The position numbers were made by a program, and so were the translations under genes. From Nannocystis pusilla (lineage in GTDB: Bacteria > Myxococcota_A > Polyangia > Nannocystales > Nannocystaceae): a DNA stretch of 64,000 nt. A model generated the notes under the pieces. It was not told where the DNA came from. It worked only from the letters and a program-made list of their open reading frames with translations, and made no database searches. The stretch covers positions 1,421,204 through 1,485,203 of the forward strand of contig NZ_JAPNKE010000002.1 of the NCBI RefSeq assembly GCF_026626665.1, given 5' to 3'. Below are positions 1 through 8,861 of this stretch, one piece after another (position 1 is the stretch's first letter; every line of letters begins with the position of its first letter).

Positions 1-807
1 GTGCCGCCGCCCGAGGGCGTGTTCACGTTCGCCGACAACCTCACCGCGGTGGTCGACGCGCTGATCGCCGGCGGCACCATCCCGGTCCTGTCGACCATGC
101 CGACGCGGACGATGCCGGCCGGCATCGACGTCTACGTGCCGCGCTACAACGCCTTCGTCCGCGCGCTCGCGCAGGGCCGCAAGATCCCGCTGATCGACCT
201 CAACCTGGTCCTGGCCGGTCTGCCGGGCTCCGGGCTCGCGGCCGACGGCATCGACCTCAGCGTCGCGCTCGGCGGCGACATGGTCACGCCGACCCCGTGC
301 GCGTTCGGCTTCGCCGGCATCACCAGCGGCTACAACCGCCGTAACCTCGTGACCCTCGAGGCGCTCGCGCGCGTCAAGCCGGTGGTGGTCGACGGCGCCG
401 CGCCGCCCGACGCGTCGGCGCCGACGCTGCTGGGCGCCGGCACGCTCGCCGAGCCGATCGTGATCCCGGGCCTGCCGTTCGCCGACATGCGCAGCACCGC
501 CGACAGCCCCAGCGACGAGATCGACGCCTACGCCGGCGCCTGCATGTCGATGGGCGAGGACGGGCCCGAGTTCGTCTACGAGCTGGAAATCGCCGAGGCG
601 ACCAAGATCCGCGCGCTGGTGTTCGACCAGGGCAACGTCGACGTCGACCTCCACTTGATGACGCTGGCCGACGCGGGCACCTGCGTGAAGCGAGCCGACC
701 GCGAGCTCGAGGGGCCGCTGCAGCCGGGCACGTACTACATCGTGGTCGACACGCTCGGGACCGCGACGCCCGGCGAGTTCGGGCTCGTGGTGCTGCCCGA
801 GGCCTGA
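1..807 (+). CDS. Secreted protein, C-terminal fragment (5' end outside window) ending in a pre-peptidase C-terminal (PPC)-like domain
   Basis: ORF open to the window edge, stop at 805-807. The last ~90 aa show a PPC beta-sandwich pattern (DVDLHL...GTYYIVVD...GLVVLPEA). Family call from recalled motifs only. Confidence 0.45.
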   Translation: MPPPEGVFTFADNLTAVVDALIAGGTIPVLSTMPTRTMPAGIDVYVPRYNAFVRALAQGRKIPLIDLNLVLAGLPGSGLAADGIDLSVALGGDMVTPTPCAFGFAGITSGYNRRNLVTLEALARVKPVVVDGAAPPDASAPTLLGAGTLAEPIVIPGLPFADMRSTADSPSDEIDAYAGACMSMGEDGPEFVYELEIAEATKIRALVFDQGNVDVDLHLMTLADAGTCVKRADRELEGPLQPGTYYIVVDTLGTATPGEFGLVVLPEA

Positions 808-1007
808 GCGCGATCCCGCTCCGGGCGCCTGCGTGGCCGCCCGAGGGCGCTAGTGCAGGACTGGGGTCGGCTGACCCAAAGAGCAGGCGGCAAAATCCAT
901 GCGCAGCGGCACGGCCCGCGCGCTCGGGCGAGGCCGCCCGGGCCGGGGGCCGCGTGCGCCAGGGTGAGAACGGGACGGACAGGTGTTACAGTGCGGCCCC
1001 GAACCCC

Positions 1008-2297
1008 ATGAAGCACGCGCAGGACGAGCTGGTCTGGATCGACGGGACGGGGGCGGCGCATCCGCTGGGCGAGGTCGCCACGCAGCGGATGCGCACCCGC
1101 GAAGGCGCGTTCCGGGTCATGCCGTCCCCGCGGCACCTCGTGTTCATGCGCTACGTCGGCGCCGACGGCCGGCGCGACCGGGAGGACGGCGCGGTGGTCC
1201 GGATCGCCGGCGAGATCACGGGGCCCGGGGCGATGGCCGACGTGATCGCCCTGCTGGCGCAGGTCGGCTGGCGCGGCGAGCTGGTGGTGCAGGACTCGGA
1301 GCACTCGCGCAGCCTGTTCTTCGAGCACGGCTCGATCGTCGGCGTGCAGTCGGACGCGGGCGACGAGCTGCTCGGCAACATCGCCTACCGCTTCGGCGTG
1401 GTCCACGAGGAGGTCCTCGGCGACGTGCTGATCCGGGCCCGCAAGACCGGCGAGCGTTTCGGCGTGGCCGCGGTGGCGATGGGCGCCCTCACCGAAGAGC
1501 AGGTGCTGAGCCTGCTCGGGCGCCAGGTCGAGGAGGTCGTGTTCTCGGTGCTGATGGCCGACGACGGCCTCTACGCGTTCCTCGACGGCTACGAGGACTC
1601 GCGCCTGCCGTTCCGCCAGGTCCACAGCGCGACGTCGTTGCTGATGCACCTGATCGTGCGCCTCGACGGCATCCGCTACTTCCGCCCGTGGATCCCGTCG
1701 TCGCAGTACATCCCGAAGAAGCGGCCGGGCGCGCTGGCCCCGGGCAACGAGGTGATGCCGCTGTGGAACGCGATCGACGGGACCCAGAGCGTCGAGGCGC
1801 TCGGCCGCTCGACCGGGCTCGGCGAGTTCCAGGTCACGGAGATGCTGTTCCAGCTGACGCAGTCGCAGCACGTGATCATCCTGCCGCCGCGGCTGCGCGG
1901 CGGGGCGGCCGAGGCGGTCGAGCTGGCCAACACGGCGCTGCGGGCGATCCACCAGCGCGCCGACATGGCCGGCCGCGGCACCGTGTTCCGCAACGCGATG
2001 GCCGGGTTCGCCCGCGGCTCCTACGACGACCTGTTCCGCGGGGCAGGTCCGTTCGAGCACGGCGGCTTCAACGGGCAGATGATCGACCGCAACGCCAGCC
2101 AGACCTGCCGCGCCCTCGGCGGCGAGCCCGAGGTGCTGGTCCGCGAGATGATGTACGACTACGTGGCGTTCGCCCTGCTGTCGTGCGGCGCCTCGATCGG
2201 CAAGGCCGACGAGCAGGCCCTGAGCCGCGAGGTCGAGCCGCTGCTGGCCAAGCTGCGCCCCGCGAGCCAGTCGGGGATGTTCCGCCTCAACAAGTGA
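1008..2297 (+). CDS. DUF4388 (PATAN-like) domain protein
   Basis: ATG at 1008 (MKHAQDELVWIDG...) inside the longer ORF 954-2297. The segment GEITGPGAMADVIALLAQVGWRGELVV...FEHGSIVGV matches the DUF4388 signature common in myxobacteria. Confidence 0.55.
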   Translation: MKHAQDELVWIDGTGAAHPLGEVATQRMRTREGAFRVMPSPRHLVFMRYVGADGRRDREDGAVVRIAGEITGPGAMADVIALLAQVGWRGELVVQDSEHSRSLFFEHGSIVGVQSDAGDELLGNIAYRFGVVHEEVLGDVLIRARKTGERFGVAAVAMGALTEEQVLSLLGRQVEEVVFSVLMADDGLYAFLDGYEDSRLPFRQVHSATSLLMHLIVRLDGIRYFRPWIPSSQYIPKKRPGALAPGNEVMPLWNAIDGTQSVEALGRSTGLGEFQVTEMLFQLTQSQHVIILPPRLRGGAAEAVELANTALRAIHQRADMAGRGTVFRNAMAGFARGSYDDLFRGAGPFEHGGFNGQMIDRNASQTCRALGGEPEVLVREMMYDYVAFALLSCGASIGKADEQALSREVEPLLAKLRPASQSGMFRLNK

Positions 2298-2448
2298 GCC
2301 GCGGCGTCGACAGCAAATGTGCACACCCCGCCGATCACGGGAGCGGCGGGTCGTAGACGTTGCCCTCGATGATCGGGCCGGGGTCGTCGAGGGTCCACGG
2401 GCCGTCGCCGCGGGCGAAGCGCGCTCACCTCGGCGCGGACCGGCCTAG

Positions 2449-2466
2449 CATGTCCATGCGGACATG
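2449..2466. repeat. Inverted repeat CATGTCC-ATGC-GGACATG, member of the GGACATGTCC-core palindromic repeat family
   Basis: Read directly in the intergenic gap 2298-2498. Confidence 0.6.
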
Positions 2467-2498
2467 TTCAAGCAGACCTGGCCGCTCGAGCATGCCTC

Positions 2499-2938
2499 TC
2501 AGGGCAGGTTGTCGGGGTGCAGGGCGACGACGGCGGCGTCGATGTCGAGCTCGAGGTCGACCGGCTGGCCGTGGTCGAAGGTCTGGAGGTAGCCGTCCCA
2601 GTCGCAGCGGGCGGAGGCCGCCAGGCGCACGCCGCCGGGCGCGGCGGCGATGCGGAAGCCGAGCGCGCACACGTCCTGGCCGCCAGGGTAGAGGGTGACG
2701 GCGCGGCCGAGCAGGGCGCCGGCGACCTCGTCGAGCGAGCGCAGGTCGACCGACACCTCGGCGCCGATCAGCGCCTCGGGCGAGCGCGGCCCCGGATGAC
2801 GGTGCCGGCCAGCCACAGCGTGGCGCCGGCGTGGTCCAGCGCGAGGTTCCAGTCGGCCTCGGGGGCGAGGCAGTGGTACAGCTCGAGCGAGGCGCTGCGG
2901 AAGGTCCAGGTGGTGTCGCCGATCCGGATCCGGCTCAT
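2499..2938 (-). CDS. Small hypothetical protein with interrupted reading frame (apparent 1-nt indel near 2775-2800)
   Basis: GGAGG sits 4 nt upstream of ATG 2938 (MSRIRIGDTTWTF...). The N-terminal ~50 aa are in the frame of ORF 2768-2953 and the C-terminal ~95 aa in the frame of ORF 2499-2966. Length 440 nt is not a multiple of 3. Confidence 0.3.
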
Positions 2939-3010
2939 GCGCCTCCATACCACGGGAGGCGGTCAAGTGCGGAACCTGGCCGAGGGGCCAGGTTCACGGC
3001 GTCGTGCGGC

Positions 3011-4030
3011 TCACTCCGGCTGGGAGCCGTCGCAGGCGCCCGGGTCGGACTGCCACAGGTCGCAGTAGCGATCGGCCAGGAGGCCGCCGCGGCCGCTGTC
3101 GAAGTCGCCGCAGGTCGGGATGTCGTCGAGGGCGTCGAAGCAGAGCGGGTACTCGTAGGGGACGCCGGCGTCGTCGAGCATCTTGAGGCGCCGCTGATCG
3201 CCGACACAGACCGCGCCGTCCGGGCCCCACTCGGCCTCGATACCCCAGTTCTGCAGGGTCAGGGTCGCGGGGCTCTGGATCGCCGGGCTGAGGCCGTCGA
3301 ACACGTCGATCGGCGTGCCGGTGAAGGTGTGCGGGGTGCCGTCGCCGCAGTAGTCGGCGCGGGCCAGCCGCGTGCACGCCTGGTGGTGGTCGGCGAGGGA
3401 GACGCCGCCGACGGTGGCCCAGGGGCGATAACCCCACTCGACGCACTTGGCGAGCACGGCGTCGCGGCAGGCGAAGGTGACGACGCTGGCGTCGTCGTTG
3501 CGGTCGCCGGTGGCGCCGTCCCACCAGTTGGCGATGGCGATCGCCTGGGTCGGCTGACCGAGGTGGTCGTAGCAGAGGCTGGACCAGGTGCCGGCCTCCA
3601 CGTCCTGCACCGCGATGTCATAGAACCACACGTCGCCGTCGGGGTCGGCCGGGTCGAGGAAGATGTCGTCGAAGCGCAGGACGTAGGTGTCGGTGCCGGC
3701 CTCGAGGTTGAGCAGCGAGCCGATGAGGTCGTCGCCGCTCACCTGAACCGGAGTGCCGTCGACGACCATGGTGGCCGAGAAGCTGCTGCCGTTGAGGTTG
3801 ATGCCGTTGAGGTTGATCCCGTTCATGGTCCAACCGTTCATGCGCATCCCGTTGAGGTTGATCCCGTTCATGCGCATGCCGTTGAACTGCGTCCCGTTCA
3901 TCTGAGCGGAGTTCAACTCGAGTCCGTTACCGACGTCGCTTCGCAGCGTAACCGCCGTTTGAACGTCGTTATCGACGACATCACAGGCCACAACCGAACC
4001 GACCAGTGCCAGCCAAATCCCTCGAGTCAT
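3011..4030 (-). CDS. ADYC-domain lipoprotein with N-terminal NG pentapeptide-like repeats
   Basis: ATG at 4030 gives MTRGIWLALVGSVVAC (signal peptide plus lipobox-like VVAC). Repeats NGINL/NGMRM/NGWTM follow. The C-terminal Cys-rich domain contains the RADYCGDG motif. Confidence 0.6.
   Translation of the reverse strand: MTRGIWLALVGSVVACDVVDNDVQTAVTLRSDVGNGLELNSAQMNGTQFNGMRMNGINLNGMRMNGWTMNGINLNGINLNGSSFSATMVVDGTPVQVSGDDLIGSLLNLEAGTDTYVLRFDDIFLDPADPDGDVWFYDIAVQDVEAGTWSSLCYDHLGQPTQAIAIANWWDGATGDRNDDASVVTFACRDAVLAKCVEWGYRPWATVGGVSLADHHQACTRLARADYCGDGTPHTFTGTPIDVFDGLSPAIQSPATLTLQNWGIEAEWGPDGAVCVGDQRRLKMLDDAGVPYEYPLCFDALDDIPTCGDFDSGRGGLLADRYCDLWQSDPGACDGSQPE
3780..3900. repeat. Coding 15-nt tandem repeats (ccgttgaggttgatg-like) encoding the NG pentapeptide-like repeats of the ADYC lipoprotein
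   Basis: Direct nucleotide periodicity visible at 3781-3900. Confidence 0.7.
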
Positions 4031-4236
4031 GGTCCCATCTTCTCCTGACCTCTCGGCATGATCGAGGTCCTTCGGGCGCGCAAGGTGACCGAAATCCGTG
4101 CGCACGGGCGGACCCAGCCGTCTCCGTGTGCGGCCCGTTCGATGGCTCCACGGTTCGTGCGTCCGTCACACACACCCGGGACCGAACGAGCAATGCCACG
4201 CGGCGCCGTCGCGCGCGTGGCCGGAATCTCGAAAGG

Positions 4237-4273
4237 AAATCGCGGCAGTGTGACGCGGGCGATGGCCGTCACA
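4237..4273 (-). terminator. Putative intrinsic terminator hairpin downstream of the lipid operon
   Basis: Perfect 13-bp inverted repeat CGGCAGTGTGACG-N11-CGTCACACTGCCG lies ~90 nt 3' of the acyltransferase stop. On the minus strand it is followed by GATTTCCTTTCGAGATT. Confidence 0.35.
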
Positions 4274-4359
4274 CTGCCGCGATGACCCGGGTCCCACATC
4301 TCCGCCGCCGCGACTTGCAGACGGAGGAATCACCGACCCCGATCGCCGACTCGGGCGAT

Positions 4360-5154
4360 TCAGGCGCCGGAGGCGATCGGCGTGGCATCGGAGGGGATCG
4401 GCGCGGCGCGACCGGGCACGATGCCGCGCTCCGCGAAGTCGGCGATGATCTTGTGGGCGCGCTCCATGACCTCGGCCAGTTCGGCGTCGGACAGGCCCTT
4501 CGTCTCGATCGGGGCGCCGACGTAGATCGTGATCTTGGTCGGCGTGAGCAGGTACGAGCCCTTCTGCATCAGATCGTACATGCCGTGCGTGGCCAGCGGA
4601 ATGACGGGGAGGCCGGCGATGCGGGCCATCCAGAACACGCCGCGCTTGAACTCGGCGACCTTGCCGTCGAGCGTGCGGTGGGCCTCCGGGAAGGCGAGGA
4701 TCGAGATGCCCTTCTTGGCCCGGTCGCGCGCGGCCTCGGCGATGGCGCGGTAGCGGTTCTTGCCGTCGGGCACCGGGATGCCGTCGGCCAGCTTCATGAT
4801 CCAGCCGTACATCGGGATCTTGAACTGCCAGGCGTTCATCAGGCCGCAGAAGGCGTGCGGGATCGAGGCGCAGGCGGCGTGGGCGTCGAGCAGGTTGACG
4901 TGATTCATCATGAACACGCCGCGCCGCTCGGGGTCGAAGTCGGGGTCGTAGATGATCTCGACCTTCGACAGGGTGATCTTGAGGACCGCGCCCATGCCGG
5001 GCCCGCCGATGTAGTTGTGGGTCTTGCGCGACGGGACCACCGTCGACACCGCGGCCCACGTGACGGCGACGGCACCCATCCACGCGAACGAGGCGGTCCA
5101 CACCGCGGCCGAGTAGACGACCTGAGCTGCCTTCTTGAGGATCTTGAACACCAT
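4360..5154 (-). CDS. Lysophospholipid acyltransferase (PlsC/AGPAT family, 1-acyl-sn-glycerol-3-phosphate acyltransferase-like)
   Basis: HxxxxD motif (NHVNLLD) and FPEAHRT (FPEGTR-like) motif. Last gene of a co-directional operon, 4 nt after the DAGK stop. Confidence 0.8.
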   Translation of the reverse strand: MVFKILKKAAQVVYSAAVWTASFAWMGAVAVTWAAVSTVVPSRKTHNYIGGPGMGAVLKITLSKVEIIYDPDFDPERRGVFMMNHVNLLDAHAACASIPHAFCGLMNAWQFKIPMYGWIMKLADGIPVPDGKNRYRAIAEAARDRAKKGISILAFPEAHRTLDGKVAEFKRGVFWMARIAGLPVIPLATHGMYDLMQKGSYLLTPTKITIYVGAPIETKGLSDAELAEVMERAHKIIADFAERGIVPGRAAPIPSDATPIASGA

Positions 5155-5158
5155 TACA

Positions 5159-6067
5159 TCACGTCCGGACGTCGAGGGCGCCGGGGACGACCTCCAGCCG
5201 GCGCGGGTTTATCTTGATCATCTCGCCGTCGACCATGACGTCGATGTCCTCGGCGAGGCGGAGGTCGAGGCCGGGGGCCTGGTAGCAGCGCACGGCCGGG
5301 TGCTGCACGTGCGTGCCGCTGAAGATCTTGGGGAAGGTGCGCAGCAGGCCGACGCGGCCGAGGCGACCGACCCGGATGATGTCGAGCAGGCCGTCGCGCG
5401 TGTTGGCGTCGGGCGCCATCATCATCTTGCCGCCGGTGAAGCGGCTGTTGTTGAACGACAGGAAGGTCAGCGGCTCGCGGTCCTCGGGGTGACCGTCGAT
5501 CTGCATCGGGAAGGTGTAGGGCCGCAGCGCGGCCACCCGCAGCACGGTGCTGAGCGTGTAGCCGAACTCGCCCAGCGCCGAGAAGTTGCGGTTGCGGGTG
5601 GCGCCGACGTCGGCGACAAAGCCGATGCTGAAGATGTTGATGAAGTGCAGCGCGCCGCGGGTGTGCGTGCAACGAACGAGGTCGCACGGCCGGGTCTTGC
5701 CGGCGATGATCGCCTCGATCGCGTACTCGGCCCCCTGATCGGTGAAGTCGCGCAGGAAGGAGTTACCTGTCCCGAGAGGCAGCATGCCGAGCGACGGGCG
5801 CTCGCCCTCCGGCAGGGCGCCGGAGAAGATGCCGTTGATCAGCTCGTAGCTGGTGCCGTCGCCGCCGACGGCGACAAAGTGGCGCCGGCCGGCCGCGACG
5901 GCCTCGCGCGCGAGCTCGGTGGCCTGACCGGCGGCCCGCGTCTCGACGACGTCGACCTTGATGCCCGACTGCCGCAGCCGGTCGACGACCGCGGGCGCCC
6001 GCTTGCCGCACACGCCGCCGCCGGCGGCTGGGTTGACGACTGCGAGGAGGGTGGCCGGATCGTGCAT
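5159..6067 (-). CDS. Lipid kinase with diacylglycerol-kinase catalytic domain (YegS/BmrU/DAGK_cat family)
   Basis: VGGDGT motif with the GTGN.. context typical of DAGK_cat; 302 aa. Confidence 0.75.
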   Translation of the reverse strand: MHDPATLLAVVNPAAGGGVCGKRAPAVVDRLRQSGIKVDVVETRAAGQATELAREAVAAGRRHFVAVGGDGTSYELINGIFSGALPEGERPSLGMLPLGTGNSFLRDFTDQGAEYAIEAIIAGKTRPCDLVRCTHTRGALHFINIFSIGFVADVGATRNRNFSALGEFGYTLSTVLRVAALRPYTFPMQIDGHPEDREPLTFLSFNNSRFTGGKMMMAPDANTRDGLLDIIRVGRLGRVGLLRTFPKIFSGTHVQHPAVRCYQAPGLDLRLAEDIDVMVDGEMIKINPRRLEVVPGALDVRT

Positions 6068-6143
6068 GCGGGCATGCTATCAGGCCCCGGAGGGCCGTGG
6101 AGGGGCGGGTGGCCGCGGGACGGGGCGGCGCGGCCGCGGCGGT

Positions 6144-7859
6144 TCACAGCTCGCGCAGGGCGACGTCGCGGCCGAGCGGCTTGAGCTCGCGGGCGAGCGG
6201 GTCGCGCTTGATCTTCTGCGAGGCGGTGCGCGGGAACTCGCGGTCCCACAGCACGTAGGCGGAGATCCGCTTGTAGTCGGCGAGCCGGAGGTTGCGCTTG
6301 CGGAAGGCGTCGACGAGGTCGGCGCGGCCGGCCTCGTCGAGGCCCGACTTGGGCCGCACGACGACGATGAGCTGCTCGTCGGTCATCTTGCCGGTCGGCC
6401 AGATGAAGTTGGCCGCGAACACGCAGAACTCCTCGCAGTCGTCGATGTCGCCGAAGGCGGCCTCGATGTCCTCGGGGTAGACGTTCTTGCCGCCCTCGGT
6501 GACGATCATGTTCTTGGTGCGGCCCAGCAGCTTGAGGTGCCCGGCGGCGTCGATGCTGCCGAGGTCGCCGGTGCGCAGCCAGCCGTCGACGATCGCCTCG
6601 CGCGTCAGCTCGGGCGCGTCGAGGTAGCCGAGCATGACCGTGGGCCCGCGCACCCACACCTCGCCGACGCCGGCGTCGTTGACGTCGCGCAGCTCGATCT
6701 CGGTGCCCTCGACCGCCTTGCCGACGCTGTCGCCGCGGAACGGCTTGAGGTCGTTGACGGTGAGGACGGTGCCGGCCTCGGTGAGGCCGTAGCCGATGGC
6801 GACCGGGAGGCCGAGGCGGTTGAAGTACTCGGCGCTGGTGCGGTCGACGAAGGCGCCGCCGCAGAACATGAGCCGCAGCTTGCCGCCGAAGTACTCGTGG
6901 ATCGGGGCGAGCAGGGTCTTGCTGAGCCGGTGGTCGGGCGCCTGGCGGGTGGCGTACTCGTTGAGGTCCATCAAACCATCGAGCACGAGCCGCTGCCACT
7001 TCGGCAGCTCGGCGATCTTCTCTTTGATCTTCTTCTCGAGGGTCTTGAGGATCGTCGGCACCAGCGCCATGTGGGTGACGCCGTAGCGCTTCATGGTGCT
7101 GGCCAGGTAGGCCGGCCGCAGGGTGCGCTGGTGGACGACCGCGCCGCCCATCATCAGCGCGAGCAGGAAGCCGCACATGAAGTCGATGGCGTGGTTGGTG
7201 GGGAGGATCGAGAAGTAGCGGTCGCCCTCGCTCAGCGGGTAGAGGTTGCCGAGGGTCTCGGCCTGGGCGAGGTAGTTGCCGTGGGTGAGCTGGCAGCCCT
7301 TGGCGGTCCCGCCGGTGCCCGAGGAGTAGACGATGCAGGCGACGTCCTCGCGGGCGCGGGCGTGGTAGGTGAAACCTGCTCCTTGGGGCAGGTCCTCCCA
7401 GCGCACGGCGCGGCCGATGCCGGCGCCCTCGGGGGCCTCGGTGACGATGACGAGGGTGCGCTCGAAGATCGAGGGATCTTCGCGCTGCAGCTTGTCCCAC
7501 GCCGGCCACTCGGCCAGGACGACGCGCGGGCGGCAGTGGGCCAGCAGGGCGTGCTGCTCGGGCGCGGTCAGCTTGTAGTCGATCGGGACCAGCACGGCGC
7601 CGGCCCACAGCGCCCCGGTGGCGCCGATCAGCCACTTCGACTGGTTCTGCATGACGATCGCGCAGCGATCGCCGGGGCCGAAGCCGTGGGCCTGAATCGC
7701 GCCGGCGAACCGCTCGGCCGCGGCCCGCAGCTCGGCGAAGGTGTGGCGCGAGTTCTCGCGGTGGCGATCGGCCTCGATCAGCGCGGTCCGGCTCTTGTAC
7801 GTGATGGTGGCGTCACGCAGCGCCTCGCCGAGGCAGGACAGCTTTCCCAGGTCGAGCAT
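6144..7859 (-). CDS. Long-chain fatty acid-CoA ligase / AMP-dependent synthetase
   Basis: YSSGTGGTAKG AMP-binding motif and TGDLG...GRTKNMI C-terminal motifs. Its ATG directly abuts the upstream ACP stop codon. Confidence 0.8.
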   Translation of the reverse strand: MLDLGKLSCLGEALRDATITYKSRTALIEADRHRENSRHTFAELRAAAERFAGAIQAHGFGPGDRCAIVMQNQSKWLIGATGALWAGAVLVPIDYKLTAPEQHALLAHCRPRVVLAEWPAWDKLQREDPSIFERTLVIVTEAPEGAGIGRAVRWEDLPQGAGFTYHARAREDVACIVYSSGTGGTAKGCQLTHGNYLAQAETLGNLYPLSEGDRYFSILPTNHAIDFMCGFLLALMMGGAVVHQRTLRPAYLASTMKRYGVTHMALVPTILKTLEKKIKEKIAELPKWQRLVLDGLMDLNEYATRQAPDHRLSKTLLAPIHEYFGGKLRLMFCGGAFVDRTSAEYFNRLGLPVAIGYGLTEAGTVLTVNDLKPFRGDSVGKAVEGTEIELRDVNDAGVGEVWVRGPTVMLGYLDAPELTREAIVDGWLRTGDLGSIDAAGHLKLLGRTKNMIVTEGGKNVYPEDIEAAFGDIDDCEEFCVFAANFIWPTGKMTDEQLIVVVRPKSGLDEAGRADLVDAFRKRNLRLADYKRISAYVLWDREFPRTASQKIKRDPLARELKPLGRDVALREL

Positions 7860-8093
7860 CTAGCGCCTCGCGTCGATCTTCTGCGCCAGCGCGGCGAAGG
7901 TCTTGATCCCCTGGAGCTCGTAGTCGGGCAGCTCGACGTCGAACTCGTCCTCGACGTCCGAGATGAGCTCGACGGCCTGGAAGCTGTCGATGCCGAGGCG
8001 CTCGAACAGGTCGTCCTCGGCGCGGAGCTGGGCCGGGTCGGCGCCGAAGCGCTTGGCGGCGAGACGGATGAGGGTGTCGAGGGAGGTGCTCAT
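7860..8093 (-). CDS. Acyl carrier protein (phosphopantetheine attachment site)
   Basis: 77 aa, LGIDSFQAVELI with the DSF serine context. Its ATG overlaps the ECH stop (ATGA). Confidence 0.8.
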   Translation of the reverse strand: MSTSLDTLIRLAAKRFGADPAQLRAEDDLFERLGIDSFQAVELISDVEDEFDVELPDYELQGIKTFAALAQKIDARR

Positions 8094-8861
8094 GGCAGGT
8101 ACGGTCTCAGGTCGGTGGACTCGACGAAGCGCTTGAGGGCGGCCAGCAGCGCCGGGCCCTCGGCGAGGCGGACGAACAGCTCGCGCTCGGCGAGCAGCTC
8201 GTCCTTCGGGAGCTTCTTGATGAAGGCCTTGGCGGCCTCGCGCGCGGTCTTGTCGAACTTGGCGGTCTGGGCCGCGAGCGCGCGCGGCGGTGATGCCCTC
8301 GCCGCTGGCGAGGACCTGGCTGACGAGGCCGGCCGCCAGCGCCTTCTTGGCGTTGATGCTGCGGCCGCTCAGCAGGAGGTCGCGGATGAGGCCGTTGCCG
8401 ACGTCGCGGCGCAGCCGCGGGATGCCGCCGAAGCCGGGGATGATGCCGAGGCGCAGCTCGGGGAAGCAGAAGCGCGCGGTCTTCTCGGCGATCAGGACGT
8501 CGCAGGTGAGCGCGAGCTCGAAGCCGCCGCCGAAGCAGACGCCGTGGACGACGCCGACGGTGGTCAGCGGCAGCATGTCGAGGTCGTCCATGACGCCGTG
8601 GATGGCGTCGATGAACTGGCGGATCTGCGGCCCGTGCTGATCCTTCGGCGCGTCGGAGAGGCCGCGGTAGAGCTCGCGCAGGTCGGCGCCGGCGCAGAAG
8701 CCCTGGCGCAGGCCGCTGCGCAGGATCAGGGTGTGCGCGTCGCGATCGACCTGGTCGAGGAAGCGGCGCAGATCGGCGAGCATGGCCGTGCCGATCTCGT
8801 TGCACGGCGGCCTGGCGAGGGTCAGCTCGTACACGCCTTCGCTGTAGGTCCAGTCGATCAT
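8090..8861 (-). CDS. Enoyl-CoA hydratase/isomerase (crotonase fold), apparent 1-nt frameshift near 8285-8295
   Basis: MIDWTYSEGVYELTL...GFCAGADLRE...VHGVCFGGGFELALTCD is the crotonase signature. After a GCGCGCG run the C-terminus continues in another frame (...AAQTAKFDKTAREAAKAFIKKLPKDELL...) and ends in a TGA that overlaps the ACP ATG. Length 772 nt. Confidence 0.65.

Noticed and set aside
735-2356. Long Arg/Ala/Pro-rich ORFs overlapping real genes on both strands (e.g. 735-2324 minus, 983-2356 plus). Similar cases occur across the window at 5839-7635, 16012-18654, 39965-43378 and 62730-63626.
   Set aside because: High-GC DNA is nearly stop-free in off-frames. These ORFs show no domain signatures, have Arg-rich low-complexity composition, and overlap well-supported genes.
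8107-8805. 232-aa minus-strand ORF inside the ECH region as the real ECH C-terminus
   Set aside because: Its translation is Arg/Pro low complexity. The genuine ECH C-terminus (...AAQTAKFDKTAREAAKAFIKK...) is in the third frame and ends in the TGA that overlaps the ACP ATG.
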